DNA of 64,000 nucleotides from Paramecium tetraurelia. Lineage: Eukaryota. The notes beneath the pieces were generated by a model. That model had not been told where the DNA came from and made no database searches. It saw nothing but the letters and a program-made list of their open reading frames with translations. The translations under genes and the position numbers were made by a program. Below, in pieces: positions 13,458-26,675 of this stretch. Within the stretch, counting starts at the first letter, position 1, and the number at the start of each line of letters is the position of its first letter. The DNA is taken from contig CT868141.1 of assembly GCA_000165425.1 (NCBI GenBank), positions 62,001 through 126,000 on the forward strand. The letters run 5' to 3'.

Positions 13458-15418
13458 TCATTCAAATTATTCTAATTCTTTCTGATGCTTATTGTCTAAT
13501 TGTGCAAGCCTATCTTGAGTTAAAGCTCTTTCAAACTCTAATATTCTTTCCAGTCTCATTCTTTCAATCGGATCATCAACCTATCTCAATAATTTCTGCC
13601 TGTCTAACTCTTTATTTTCCTCCTCTTACAATAGCTTTGATTAATTTAACATTTACATTAAGTAATTCTTGGTTTTACTTTATTTTCAGTTCTTATATTT
13701 GATTCTCCTTAGTCTAAATATCAATGGCAACAGGCTTAATCTTTTGTTATTGTTATTTTTCCTAGAATCCTTTATTTTTTTAGGGGGCACTCTCAGGTCT
13801 CCTTTTCGGTTTTATCATTACTGGTTTAGGGTCTTATTATTGATGTTCTTTTAATAATTCTGCTATATCTTTTTAAAGTTATTCTTTTTCTATGATTTGG
13901 GCTTTCTTATACTCTTACTTCTTTTTCTCTGAAGCCATTTTCTCCTTAATTATTTAATCTCTTCTCTTAGATTTCTCTTCAAGTTCCTTCTACAATTTCT
14001 CCCTCTCATAATCTCTTATCCTGGTCATTCTTTCCTATGTTTCTTCTTATTCTTATTTTTTCAGCACATCCTTAAGGTGTTTCTCCTTAATCATATCATC
14101 TCGCTCCTTCAACACTTTGAGTGCTTATAATTCCTTTGCTTCTCTTTCCATATTGATCTTTTCACATTTTTTGTATAATTCCTAATCATTTTTTAATAAT
14201 AACTAAAAATATTCTAAATGTCTTTACTTATTATCTATAATGCTCTCTCTCCTATTAAAGTTATCTTTTTTGATGCAATGTTAATTCTCTATCCATTTCA
14301 TTAATTTTAAATCTATCCTCGATTTCCTTAAATTTGAAAATCAAATCATCTCTTCTCTTTTCTTATTACACTAAATTCTTTTGTTGAATCTGCTATCGTT
14401 TCTACCTTTATAAATCTCTTTTCATATCTTATTCCTTATTCATCATCTCAATTTCTTACTACTTGGCAATCAACTTCTATTCAGCATTAAATTGTTTTTA
14501 TTAAAAATTCAAATACACTTAATTTTATTGATGCTAAGCCCTTCTTTTATTCTCCTCCCTTCTATAATTTGCTTCATTTTATTTTTCCTAAATCAACTAT
14601 TATCTAAGTTCTTTTTCTTCTTCCAATAATATCTTGCGCTTTTCTTCTCTTTATTCCATTTTTAACAGTTTTTCTTCATATAATTATTCTAACATTTATT
14701 ACCGATATCTCTCTTTCTCCTCTCTTTCATCCTGTGCTTTTTTTAATTATTTTTCTCTTTTTTTCTTTTACTTTTAAAGTTCCTTTTCCTATTCTATTCT
14801 CTATTACGGTGTAATCTTATGAGTGTTTTCGTATTTTAATCTGTCTTACTCTGCATATAGCTTTTATTTTCTTAAATGGTCTTGATATTCCATTTATTAT
14901 TTTCTAAATTCTTCTTCTACTTTTTTCTCCTTCTTTCTTTATTCTAATTCTTGTCGTTACTCATTTTATTTCTATCTCATTTCCATTTCCTTTTACCTTA
15001 ATTGATTCTAGATTTCTTGTGTTTTTATTTCTTCATCTACCGCCTTTTGCATTTATTTTTGTCTTCTTTTTTAAATCATCTCCATTCTCTTTCTCTCTTT
15101 TTCAAAATCAACCCTCTCAAGCTTTTTCTATGCATTATCATTCTTCCATTGCTAAATAATGTTCTCTCTCTCTCCCACCAATAATTAAACTCTTGCTTAT
15201 CTCTTATCTTCTTCGTGTTAAAGCAGGGTTTTCCAAGCCTCTTCATCTAGGTTTAAATTCCTGTTTTCTCTCTTCAAATCGTATATACTCTTCATTATCA
15301 ATTATTCAGGTCGAATTCCCTATCTTCTACAAGCTTCCAATGATCTTGGGGAATTGATTATAGGATCTCTGACTGAGGTTTAATCAAAATTTAAAAGAGA
15401 AACGGGTGTAATTCGCAT
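13458..15418 (-). CDS. Long E/K/Q/R-rich coiled-coil protein with CCDC177-like N-terminus
   Basis: MRITPVSLLNFDQ..INSPRSLEACRRQGIRPEQL resembles the SPRSLEAC motif of the CCDC177 family (from memory), followed by ~550 aa of coiled coil. Confidence 0.7.
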
Positions 15419-15743
15419 AAGTTAAAAATTATTTATTAAAACATTTAATTATTAACAAATTACTATTAGTGTCTATTCTATTGGGATGATCTAAACTTTG
15501 CCAGAGAATTATTTTCATACTTCAACAAAAGTAATCAATTATTAAATCTTAAATCATTAAATGTTATATTCTGGCAAATTGCACTTATTTAACATGAAGA
15601 CTGGGAGGTAAAACAATGTTTAGCTTATTCTTTTATAACATAACATATATATATATTTAAAATATATTATTATTTTCTCTAATTAGATTTGTTCAATAAA
15701 TATATGATGAAGCACAATCTCAAATTTGATTTTTAAAAAATTA

Positions 15744-16313
15744 ATGAGAAAAAAATAAACACGCCCGTTATTTGTACCAAAACCAGAAAATGGGGATTTT
15801 CCTTTTGATATCAAAAACGCAAACACACAAGAAATAAAAGCCATAGACTTCAAAAGAATGTACAAAACTATGCAAATGTTTTTAGAAAAATTAATACCAG
15901 ATCAGGTATAATAGATTGTTATCAAAAAGTCTCTCAATTAAAGAGTACAAACAAACATTGATGCCATTTTCAGAGTGTTCATTGAAAAAGACCTAAATCC
16001 TCCTCCTCCTCAAAAACTTGTTGGAAGAAGAAGTTCTCCTTATACATACTAGAAGCAAGAGTTTTGGGAATTGGTAGAACACCTAAATTCTATGGGGTTT
16101 TCTTACCGCCAATTATCATAGAGATTATAAGTGCATTATGTTTAAATTTCAACTCATCATCGAGGCACTGTTGATTACGATGACGAAGATTCTGAATATG
16201 AGTCGGAATCGGTAAAGAAGGTAAGCAAAGAAGAGGATCATTCATAATAAGTTATACAAAAATAATAACAACATGATGTTTTTTATTCTGATGATGAAAA
16301 AGGACAGAAATGA
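15744..16313 (+). CDS. Small protein with HTH- or UBA-like motif and acidic tail (paralog of 35343-35902)
   Basis: MRKKQTRPLFVPKPENGDFPFDIKN...ELVEHLNSMGFSYRQLSQRLQVHYVQISTHH...DYDDEDSEYESE; 24-nt intron 15906-15929 at the same position as in the paralog. Confidence 0.75.
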
Positions 16314-16475
16314 AAATCATAGATAATATCAATTCTTTCCCTTTATATTCAAAAGCTGTATTCTTTTTACATTCCTATTTTCTATAACTATTACTTGGAA
16401 AATCTAATTTAGAGAGTAATAAAATAAAATATGAATTGTAAAATTATGGAATAATTAAATTCACAACATGGCCTG

Positions 16476-18156
16476 TCACTTCTTCAACATTTTCCCTTTT
16501 ATTTCTTCTCTTAATTGATTCATTAAATGATCTTCTTCTTAATCTTCTTATTCTTCATCTTTACTGGGCAATTCATTAAAGATTTCATCTTCATCTCGTA
16601 AAATAGAATAATCCTAAGAATTATTTGAATGGAGATGAGAGTTTTATTTTTTTGGTTTGATCCTGAAGTTCCTTTTTAAAAATTCCTAGTCATTCAACTC
16701 TAAAACAGAACTCTTCATAGATTTATTCAACAATTCTTATTGTTACTATAAAATAAGAATATGCAATTACCAATTAAGACAGGTTAAGCAATTTTTCTCT
16801 AATGGCATCAATTATCCCTTAAAATCCTTTATCTTTAGATTATGACAATTTCTTCAGGTTTTTTGTAATCCAATTCTTCAATTTATTTTATAGTAAACCG
16901 GATATTGTTGCTTTCTCTTCTACTTCTATAACCATTTTATCTTAATCTGTTTGTTCATTTCTTTATTTATTATTTTCTACCAAGAATTCCTTATCCATAT
17001 CACTGTAATCTTATTTCAACTGATTAAAATGGTTTCTTAATTCTAGGTTTTCTTGCTTTAAGTTATTAATTTTCTTCTCATAATCCGAAATTGATATGAG
17101 TAAATGGGCATAAGTTTGCTCTCTACCAATAAACTTCTAAACTATTTCATTAGCATCTGAAATGCCTGTAGATGCTTTGATTTTTTAATAGGCAATTTCT
17201 AAATTTTGATATTGATTTATGCCCATTTGCATTTTGTTTTTTAAGAAAGAATTTAAGAATTTGTGAACTAATAATAGTTTTCTCCATTTTTTCAATGCCC
17301 CATCTCTAATGTCATTTGCAGCTACTTCTGCAATCTCTTATTGCCTTTTAATTCTGTCATCTCTTTTTTATTCAACATCCTATTTCTATTTTAACTCATT
17401 TTTGAATCTATTAATATTAGTTTCCCTATTTTTATTTTATTGTTTGATTCCATCAGCCACCTCTTTCAAAGCCAACATTGTTTTTTAATGCAAAACTTGA
17501 ATTTACTAAGCCCTTATAATTATTAAGATATATTTTACTTTAAACTTGTTGATTAGCAGGTGGACAATGCCTATTTAAGGTGTCTTTCATATTGGTTTGC
17601 TCTTAGTTAATAAGTAACTTAATCTTTTTTCATTCTTGTTAACATGTGTTCGAAAATCTTTTTATCATAATTGCTTTGGCTTAATAATTTTTATTATTCT
17701 TATAATTTTTATGAGTATTCATTTTCCTGTTTTGTTAGATCCTTTTATTTCAGATTATATTATTCGATTTAATAGCTCATTTGATCAATGTCCTTCCTCA
17801 TCTTGTCAATATCCTTGTCTTTGGTGTTCCCAGACATTTTCATATTATCACAACTTTTCTTGAGTTCCGTCAAATTGGCATGAACTTCTTGAGCTTCATC
17901 GATTTTCTATGAAAATATATGTAGATGTATGTATACTTTTTGGTCTTCCAATTGTTTGGGGTAGTAATCATTATCTTATCCCAGAACAGAAGACATACTA
18001 TTATATTTGATCATTTTGTCAACAGATTTCTTGACGGCTAAACTACGATATTGATCGAGATTGCTTCTTTTAGATCTGGTACGAGATTTATGTGAATAGA
18101 GTCTAATCTTATTAATAATTGGGAGTAATTACATCTGGAAGTTCCACTACGGACAT
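16476..18156 (-). CDS. Coiled-coil protein resembling outer-dynein-arm docking complex subunits
   Basis: EIAYQKIKASTGISDANEIVQKFIGREQTY resembles the ODAD/CCDC151-type KIKEATGV.D..E motif; long coiled coil; several tiny introns. Confidence 0.6.
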
Positions 18157-18340
18157 TATTGATAATAATAAATAAAATATATTGTATTGTGTTATTTAAA
18201 AAGTTGTATAATTAATGGATGATAATTTATATATGTTGTAGAATAGTTAGGCAATTTGAGTAACATTCTCTTAAAATCGAATCAATAAATTCATGTATTG
18301 AAAGTATTGTTTTATAATTATATAGAATTATTTAATTACA

Positions 18341-19119
18341 TCAATCATGAAGTATAGGGTTGTCTTACAAATAGTTCACATTTAGAACCTGCTCTTAGTA
18401 GATTTGAATGTGTTGTACAAATTAAGCAAGTTCTGAATCTATTTCAAAAGTCTTTAAGTAATTCAACATTTCATGTTATATCTTTTTTATTATCAATATT
18501 GTACAGAATCCTCGATATGGTGATTACATCCATTGTACTCCTCCAATCCTCTATTTTCTCTAGGAATTAGTTTGTGTTCTTCAACGTCATCAATAATGGA
18601 AACCATTTCGATTTTTATCTAGAGTCACTACATTCAGTACCTTTCCATCGTAGGCCACGCATTCGTAACAGGATACGATTCCATTCCCTTTGGTCAGATA
18701 AACACTGAAGGGGGCTTGAATTTGTGGAATACTTTTAAATGAGGTGAGGGGAGTTTGGGAGGTCTATTGAATTTGGATTATTTGGCTATCTATAATTTCT
18801 TATTCTTTAGATTGGCCATTGTTATAGAAATCGATACAAATTAAAATTTAAACATTTTCTACGTTCTTACTTAATTCTATTCTTTATTGATCTAGGAAAT
18901 CTTGGATCTTGGAAACCATTGATTTTGGTTTAGTCTGAATTTTGTTGGTTGTTGTTCATTGGAATAACTTCAAACAATATTTCATTTTCTATCACTTAAA
19001 ATAGCTGATCTTTATATTCACATCAACACTATACTTTTTTCAATTGGTTATTGTGGAATACTGATTTGAGATCCTGGAAAATTGACGGAGAATAAAGTTC
19101 TTGCTATTCTCAGAGGCAT
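18341..19119 (-). CDS. Mitochondrial glycoprotein (MAM33/p32)-like protein
   Basis: Presequence-like MPLRIARTLFS (alternative ATG at 19131). C-terminal EEYNG..EDSIQHEMLNYLKTFEIDSELAQFVQHIQIYQEQ follows the MAM33 family pattern. Confidence 0.6.
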
Positions 19120-19182
19120 TTTTGTAATCATTGAGGTTTTTGTGTATTTAATGAAAAATTATAATTAAAATTAAGATTAAAA

Positions 19183-19944
19183 ATGGGGGCAACTGTTTGT
19201 AAATAAAGGCAAGATAATTATGGTCAAGAGGTCATTTAGGATCAGAACGATGTTTAAATCAACAATATCACTTTTGCCAAAGAACAATCCTCCAAATTAG
19301 ATCGTTCGAGTCTTAAACACCCCAGCTTAAAGAAGAAAACTATCACTCAGATTCTAGGGAAGCTTCCAGATGACCCTATAAGTATGATCAGTCCCCTTCA
19401 TTATAACTAGATCTAAGCAACAATTAATCGAGTATTTTCTAGGAAGAAAAATAGGAACCTACTACTCCTGCACTTCCAACCTAGTAAAATAATGCTTTTA
19501 AACCTAGCGATGTCGTCAATTAGAATGGAGAAACACAACATTTCCAGAATATTTAGTTGATTATGAAAGAGGTTGTACAATCAGTAAAGATGAACTCAAC
19601 ATAGAAACTAGTCTCCTCTCAACAAGAAGAAGTGCTTTAATGTATACATAAATTCCTAAATTTAGATTAGAGTTCAAAGAATAAACTTCACAATATTCGA
19701 AATCCTGTAAAGTTGACAAAAGATAAAAATTACTAAACATGATTTTAGTTGAAGATAATGTAATTGCTATTCTCCTAATCAAAGTTCGATGATTATATTT
19801 ACTACGATTGGAAGAATTCAAACTTGCAATTAATTAGTGTTAATGATTAAAATTTATTGAAGAAATTAAGTTCAGCCAAACCTATGTCTAAATAAGTCAA
19901 AAAAAATGCTTGATCCTCATGGAATCCATTATAATATTAACTGA
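19183..19944 (+). CDS. Hypothetical protein with possible N-myristoylation (MGATVC)
   Basis: Long TGA-free frame from ATG 19183; exon structure and 3' end uncertain. Confidence 0.45.
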
Positions 19945-20526
19945 ATCATAAAATAAAAATTTCAATTAAATCTTATAGTAATTTAAATCTGTCAAAACAT
20001 TCCCTAATTATTTACATCAACTTAGCAATTCTTATCCATAATAATATAAGGTACTATTGTAGAAAAAGCACTCATATTTTCCTATTCATCAAATTGACAT
20101 CCAATTAGAAATCTTAATATTGTTTACTCCTATAAATAACCTCAATAAAAGAGATGAAGAATTATATTATTAATTCAAGCATTGATAGAATTTCTTATTG
20201 ATCCATCATCATAAAATATTAGAATATCCAAATCATTCTGAGTAATTTCGTTGTATCTCATTTATTTATTTTCCCTCAAAATTTTCATGTGAAATTATTT
20301 ATATTATTCGTATTTAAATATTGCCACTCAATGTTGATCCAAAATATAGAACTGGTATCTGTTATAATATATTGTACATTATCAATTTAAAAGATTATGT
20401 TACTATTTTTTAAAGTTAATTAGAAAAAGCGATTTATAGATAAATGACTCTGAAAAGGAGTAAAATAAACATTTAATTATAATTATCTTATATTTAAGGA
20501 TCACTTAGTTTAATATAATTATTCAG

Positions 20527-22064
20527 ATGAATAAATATTGCACACGATTTAAAGATCCAGTGATGGAAAAATAATATATAAACCATAAAGTCAAGGTGAT
20601 TTAGTTTCCAATTTTAACTTATTTGTCATATGGGGGTACCATTTTATTATTTGCTAATTCAATTGCCAACTTGATAAACAGCGATTACAAAAATGCATTG
20701 ATCAAAGGTGCAGTCATGATATATATATTGTTGCAGTATATAATTTTGAGAAGAAATGAATCATTTAGAATGAATTATTGTAACTTGGCACTAATGATGA
20801 CAAATTTTTCATCATTAGCCTTCGAGATTTCAATATACCCTCTTTACGATTATTATGATGGCTATTTACTTGGATCTAATTAGATGCTCGTACATACAAT
20901 TTGTATGTTTGCATGCAATCTGGAATTGGGCATCTTTAGTAATATTGCTTTAACAATAGTAAGAATAATATTAGTAATTGAAAACTCAGACAATCTTACT
21001 GTATAATAATATTTTTATTCAATAATTATGTCATTGAGTTTCATGGTGATTTAATATTAATTAGAAAAACAGTATAGACAATCCTTCTATTTGTAATTCA
21101 AGGACAATAGTTGGGGTATTAATAATATTTTTATATTAGAAATTTTGATTCCTTTGCTTTTGAAGAAACCCTTTTTCATCTTCACCTTTAATAAAAATAC
21201 TAACATGTACCAAACTATCATGAGTGCTTAAACGGAATTCTTCAACTCCGAAAAGCCCCTTACTACTTTCTTATTTAAATCCAAAGTAAAATAACAGACG
21301 CTTGAAAAATATTTAATAAAAAAAACTCATATCAATGCAGGTAGGAAGCAATCGCCTTGTTTATTTAATCATTAATTGGTAATTGAATATCAGACGAAGA
21401 AACTATAAGCTTCACTTGTGTGTTGTAGATATGAGCAATTGATTTATGCAATTATTATCGATTCTGAAGATCCACTATTAAATTAAAGCAATATCAAATT
21501 GCATTAATCTCTATAGCACTTTAGGAATATTCTAAATACTTAACTGATGCAAATCAATAAAGTGTTGGGTCTTTACTTACAAGAAACCTTTAGTCCTTTA
21601 TTGAGGGATCTTAGGATATCTTTATTTGAAGTATATTACAAATAATTATCGAATCAAAAGTTGTAGTTAGTGAAAATGAAAAAGTTGCTACTTAAATGCA
21701 CCAAAATATTTGAAACTCCATATACGAAAATAAAAATTGATTGTGGGGAAGATATTCGATTTGCAACCATAAAATCTACTTTAATTATTTTTATTTTTGA
21801 AATTTTGAAGCAAGTAGAAAAGAATCAATAAGTCTTCATCTTTGTTAATCAAAAAACCACAACTACATTGTTAATCTATGGTTTAAAGTAATTGCCTTAA
21901 ACTGGTTAATTTTAGAAATGCTTATAAACTCTAATTGATAAAAGCAACATTACAACTTAATGTAAATATTATTAAATAATTTAGATTTTTCTTTTGAATT
22001 TTTAAAATCTCCCTCTTCTCATTTTCATTTTGAGACTCATAATAAGTATTAATAATTAATTTGA
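20527..22064 (+). CDS. Ciliate-type membrane protein: N-terminal multi-TM region plus cytosolic C-terminal domain
   Basis: MNKYCTRFKDPVMEKQY followed by ~5-6 hydrophobic segments, an intron after KDNSW and a soluble tail; TGA at 22062-22064. Confidence 0.7.
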
Positions 22065-22250
22065 TTATTTTAACTATGATTTATACATATATATATATTT
22101 AGTAATTCTATTGTGATTGAATAAATGTATCATTCGAATCAGATGGTTAAATGAAAGAAAAGTGGTCAACGTTTATGAAAATTAAGCTACTTTTTGAATG
22201 AATAATCTTATTTATATTGATGAATAATAATTTTAAATAAAATATTAAAT

Positions 22251-22734
22251 ATGTAATATTCAAACACTTACGAGTCAGTTGTCAAGACTTAAGTAATCAG
22301 CGGATAAGACCAAAAACCTTTGAATTTGGGATTGACTGATGTGGAAGGAGCCAAGGTTAGTTTGTTAATTTGAAAATAGGCTGTGGCAAGAAGATTGTTT
22401 GATACATATGATAGAGATAGAAATGGATAAATTGATAATGTAGAAGTTGTTCCTATGATTGTGGATGTTTATAAATCATTCAATCGTATTTTCTCACCTG
22501 CTAGAGGAGATATTGATTCATTTTACAAGTTGAACATAGTTGATATATTTATATAGAGTTTTGGATAGAAACCAAGATGGCAAGATAACCTACTAAGATC
22601 TTGAAGATCTATGTATCAGATACTTAACTAACTAAACACCGACAAATTTAAGAGCTTCTGAAGCCCCTCGTTAGAGTGGTCTCCAATAGACATCGCAAAC
22701 AGTCACTTCACAATACAGAAGATCCCAATTTTGA
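22251..22734 (+). CDS. Two-EF-hand Ca2+-binding protein similar to the N-terminal half of TCBP-25/PCBP-25
   Basis: GLTDVEGAK-AVARRLFDTYDRDRNGQIDNVEVVPMIVDVYKSFN..-VLDRNQDGKITYQDLEDLCIRYL; two introns. Confidence 0.85.
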
Positions 22735-22781
22735 TTGTGATTGGTATATAAAACGAATTGCCAAAAAATTAATATTCATTT

Positions 22782-24769
22782 TCAATACTATTTGCTTGTA
22801 ATACTACCAAATACCAATTGAATATGAGGTTCATCTTGAACTTCAACTTTGTCTGTATTGTTTCTCATAAATAGTTGTGATGATTGGAAATTCTAACAGA
22901 CCATTTCAAATTGATTGGAGTGAATTCTAGAGAACAACCTCTTAATATCATCATCCATAAATTTTAGAATGGCCTCATCTGTAGGATTGAGATCCTATTT
23001 AGTAATTACTCTGGAGTAGGCTTCATAAGCATCATCTAATCTGAGCACATCTGGTTTTTCATTTTCCAAGATAAATTTATATTCTTGCTTTTGCTCTAGT
23101 TCCTTAATTTTATTTTCAAAATTTTCATCGAACATATCATAGGGTATCATAGGTTTGGGTAAATAATTAAATAAAGCTAATTGATCTTTGTTGAGTAAGA
23201 TATGTTTCAACTTATCTAATTCATTGAATTTCGTAATTAATTAACAAATATCTAACTTATTTATTATTTTATTCATAGCATATTTTAATTGCCTTTATTT
23301 ATCCTTCTTACAACCAAATTAGAATTTGATATTATCAAGTAAAGTAAAATTTAAAGAACACTTTTTTTTCCTTAAGAAATTCTTGATTTCTCTTTAAGTT
23401 TTAGAGAATTCGACAAAAGGATTCCTAATCAAGGTATTATCTGACCTCAAAACTTCATCTTGAAAATCCTTCCCATCGCTTTTATTCAGTTACCCTCCGA
23501 CTGGAACTGATTTGGCGACTGACATAATATCAAAGTCAAGGGATTCCTTGCTTTCGAACCTAAAGATCTTATTGGCCATAGCCAAATTCATGGAGGAGAA
23601 CAATAAAGGATAAAATATACAATTTAGGAAGAGAATAGTAATCTACCATAAGCCTCCAACTTGTCCCAATACAGTATACAGTTTTTGATAACTTCTCTCA
23701 TATAGGTTTCTTCTTTATTCCAAGAAGATAGAGTTTTGAACCAAATACTGATGATTATACTGCGAACTATCTTCCTTTATATTAGATTACTATAAGGCAG
23801 TGTCCAATACATAGTTTGTCTTAATTATGCCATAATCAGTGTTGGTTTCGGTTACTTTGATAGTTGAATGTATGGATTTAGAATTTGTTAATGAGAATTG
23901 AGTATACTACACAGAGATTGCATCCTGATAAGGTTTAGACGAAGACTGCATTTGGATCAAAGCGTCACTTAAGTACAATACCTAGAAGTATTAAACAATG
24001 TTCATACATAAAACCCTGCCTGCATCTTACTATTGATTTCCTCTAAAGGTGCACAGCCTTAATAAGTAGTAGAATTTTTGCATATACTTAAGGTTACTGT
24101 CAAAAATTAAAATCGATCCTCTTGACTAAATCCCTACAGTTACTTTGAATGTATTATCATAAATATACCATTGCCATTTAATCCCACTATTTTATCTCAG
24201 GACAATACATGTATTCAAGTTTAAATTTTTGAAAATATTCTTGTTGGTATTACTCTCTGAAATGCTAATCCATTTTGCAAGGCTCCAGAGGAATAGTAGA
24301 ACAACTAGATGATAATTTAGAATTATTACTTGTAATTTATTTAGGCTGTTCCTTCCTCATTCAAAGAGCGATTCCTTACACAATTTTAAACAGCTAAGTT
24401 AAAATATTTGTTTAAAGTTTGCAAAGAACTTAATTCTGGATTGGTGATTGTTAAGGCAAATGTAAAGTTATTCTTACTTAAATACAAAGGCTTTTATAAC
24501 ATCAGAATTCTTACTGAAGTATTGGAGGGTTGGAATTCAGAAAAAACTACCCTGGGACTGTATCTATTTGCCAAATTCAATATTTCATAAACAATGTAAT
24601 ATAAATAAGCACAGCACAAGATTATAGTAAGAATTTAACCTAATGGAGTCGAGAACTTTTATCTCTTTAAAATCCTGAATTAAGGGAGCATTCCAAAAAA
24701 ATCAGCCCTTTCAATTAATTATGAGATAAGTTGCTTGGAGCATGTTTATGGCTTTTGATATTTCAGCAT
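22782..24769 (-). CDS. Two-TM protein with large Cys-containing ectodomain, DEG/ENaC/PAC-like topology
   Basis: ADFFG..KFSTPLGQILTI(TM1)..NNFTFALT..PLEPC..YERSYQKLYTVLGQVGGLWQITILFL(TM2), then a cytosolic tail. Confidence 0.7.
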
Positions 24770-25169
24770 TTATTAGATAATATCTATATTATTGGGAAAA
24801 TAAATTATTATTAATCTACATAAATTCATTTAGGAGGTATAAGCGAGAACTCAGAATTTAAGAAGAATAAATTAGTCTCTGAATTAGATAATTAACTTGG
24901 TAAAAATATATAGGTATAAAGAAATTACACAAAAAAAGGCAAGCATATTTTTAATGATTTTAACATTTTTATTAAATAGAACTTAGAACTATTGAGTTAA
25001 CTTTTTCAATTTTATCATACTTCATAAAACGATTTGATTTTGAAGAGGTGAGGATATGATTAAATAAATAAATTTGTAATTACGAAATCATAAATTAGCA
25101 CCTAATGTGGACATAAATTATTGAAATATAAAACAAGAATTCGTTTTTGGGAAAATAAATAATTAAATA

Positions 25170-26253
25170 ATGAAATCAACATTGACTGTGCTCTTGGTTG
25201 TTTTAGTGTCTGTCTAGGGTTTCTAGATCGATATGTTCAGCAAACATCATATCCCCAACAGAAACATCATGGAAATTATGATGTAAATCGAATCCAAACT
25301 TGCCTCAGGAGGTCCATTCGACACAATCAACACAATGTTGTAAGACTTCAGAACTTCAGTCACATCAGAATAAATTGCTCATGATGACTTGTATGCCAGA
25401 TAAAAGAATGAATGCGATTCTGAATCAGCTTTCAGAAAGGGATAAATTCAAGATGCCAGCAAGATCTTGAGTGCTTCAACCAACCAATTGAACTTGTGCT
25501 CATTCTAAAGATAAAAGGCAAAGGCTGAATTCGGTATGACAGAAGACCAACTCACCATGAACTAATAACACTTGTCATTGATCCAAGAAGTCAGAAAGAC
25601 TGAATAAGAGAACTTCAACAAGATGGCCGTCATCTTCTAAGATGCATTGAGAGTTATCGATGAATCAGTTTATTTGGCCAAGAAATTCAGCGTTGGTGAT
25701 GCCAGTTTGATCGAATTAGCTGATGCCACAGGTCAAATGATGTAACACTCAGTCAGTTTGAAGAGAACTGGATCATATGCTGCAGTTTTGGCTTCATTGG
25801 CCAGAATTTCTTTGGCTGAATAAGTTAGTTCAGCTGATGTTGAGAGATTGATCCAATTATTGTAAACCTTAAGGTAATCTATCCATCAATATATTTAGAA
25901 ACAACATCGAAGATGCATACAATCAATTCACAGCTGAAAACAATTAAGCTATTGTCTTATACAACAACTAAAAGGAAAGAATTGACAAGAACATCGTCAG
26001 ATTAGAGAAATCCAAGACCAGACTTGAAGATTAAATCACCGATTTGAATGGATGTGTTGCCACCTAAACTGCCATCTCCTAAGCTGCTAGCAACAAGAAG
26101 TAAAGAAACCAAAAATTGTTGGATGATGCCACTGCTCTTTGCACCACCTTCAACAGTGAATACGATAATGCCTCAGCTGCTAGAAGATAAGAATTAGTCC
26201 TCTTATCTGAAGTCGAAAGATTAGTAGAAAAAAGATAAAATGAAATTAAATGA
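25170..26253 (+). CDS. Trichocyst matrix protein precursor (TMP/Grl family)
   Basis: Signal peptide MKSTLTVLLVVLVSVQG; heptad-rich helices with EQIAHDDLYARQKNECDSE and C-terminal LC..F..EY..AS.ARRQEL; C-ending codon bias typical of highly expressed genes; one 25-nt intron. Confidence 0.85.
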
Positions 26254-26533
26254 TGAAAAATTTACATCAAATAATAATCAATAATAATATCACATTATAT
26301 TATACGAGGGAGGTTGACTCATCGATGGAGTGTTCTTTGCGATTATTCTTACTTTAATTATTCTCTGAATTATTATGCAAATTCTTTTGAAGAGTCCTTA
26401 GATTTGTCAGATTAATAAATTTTAGAAAAATCAAAAGATTAAAATACACAATTACTATTTTGTAAAAATTATTATAGATATTTTCGATATAAAGTTAAGT
26501 TTGTTAATTGTTTTTCACATATTATTACACAAG

Positions 26534-26618
26534 GTTGATTTAATAATACTTATATTATTTATAAAATCCTGTAATTTTACAATCTATAAAATAACTTAAT
26601 TAAAAGTTTAAATCTTTT
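26534..26618 (+). promoter_or_regulatory. Upstream non-coding block shared with the inverted Rab paralog (matches 37202-37288 on the minus strand)
   Basis: gttgattt..aataatacttata..at..tgtaattt..aatctata..aagtttaaatctttt aligns by eye upstream of both Rab genes. Confidence 0.55.
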
Positions 26619-26675
26619 CCTCCTTTATAATTATAATTATCCATAAATGGATTGTATAATTATAATAAAATTAAT

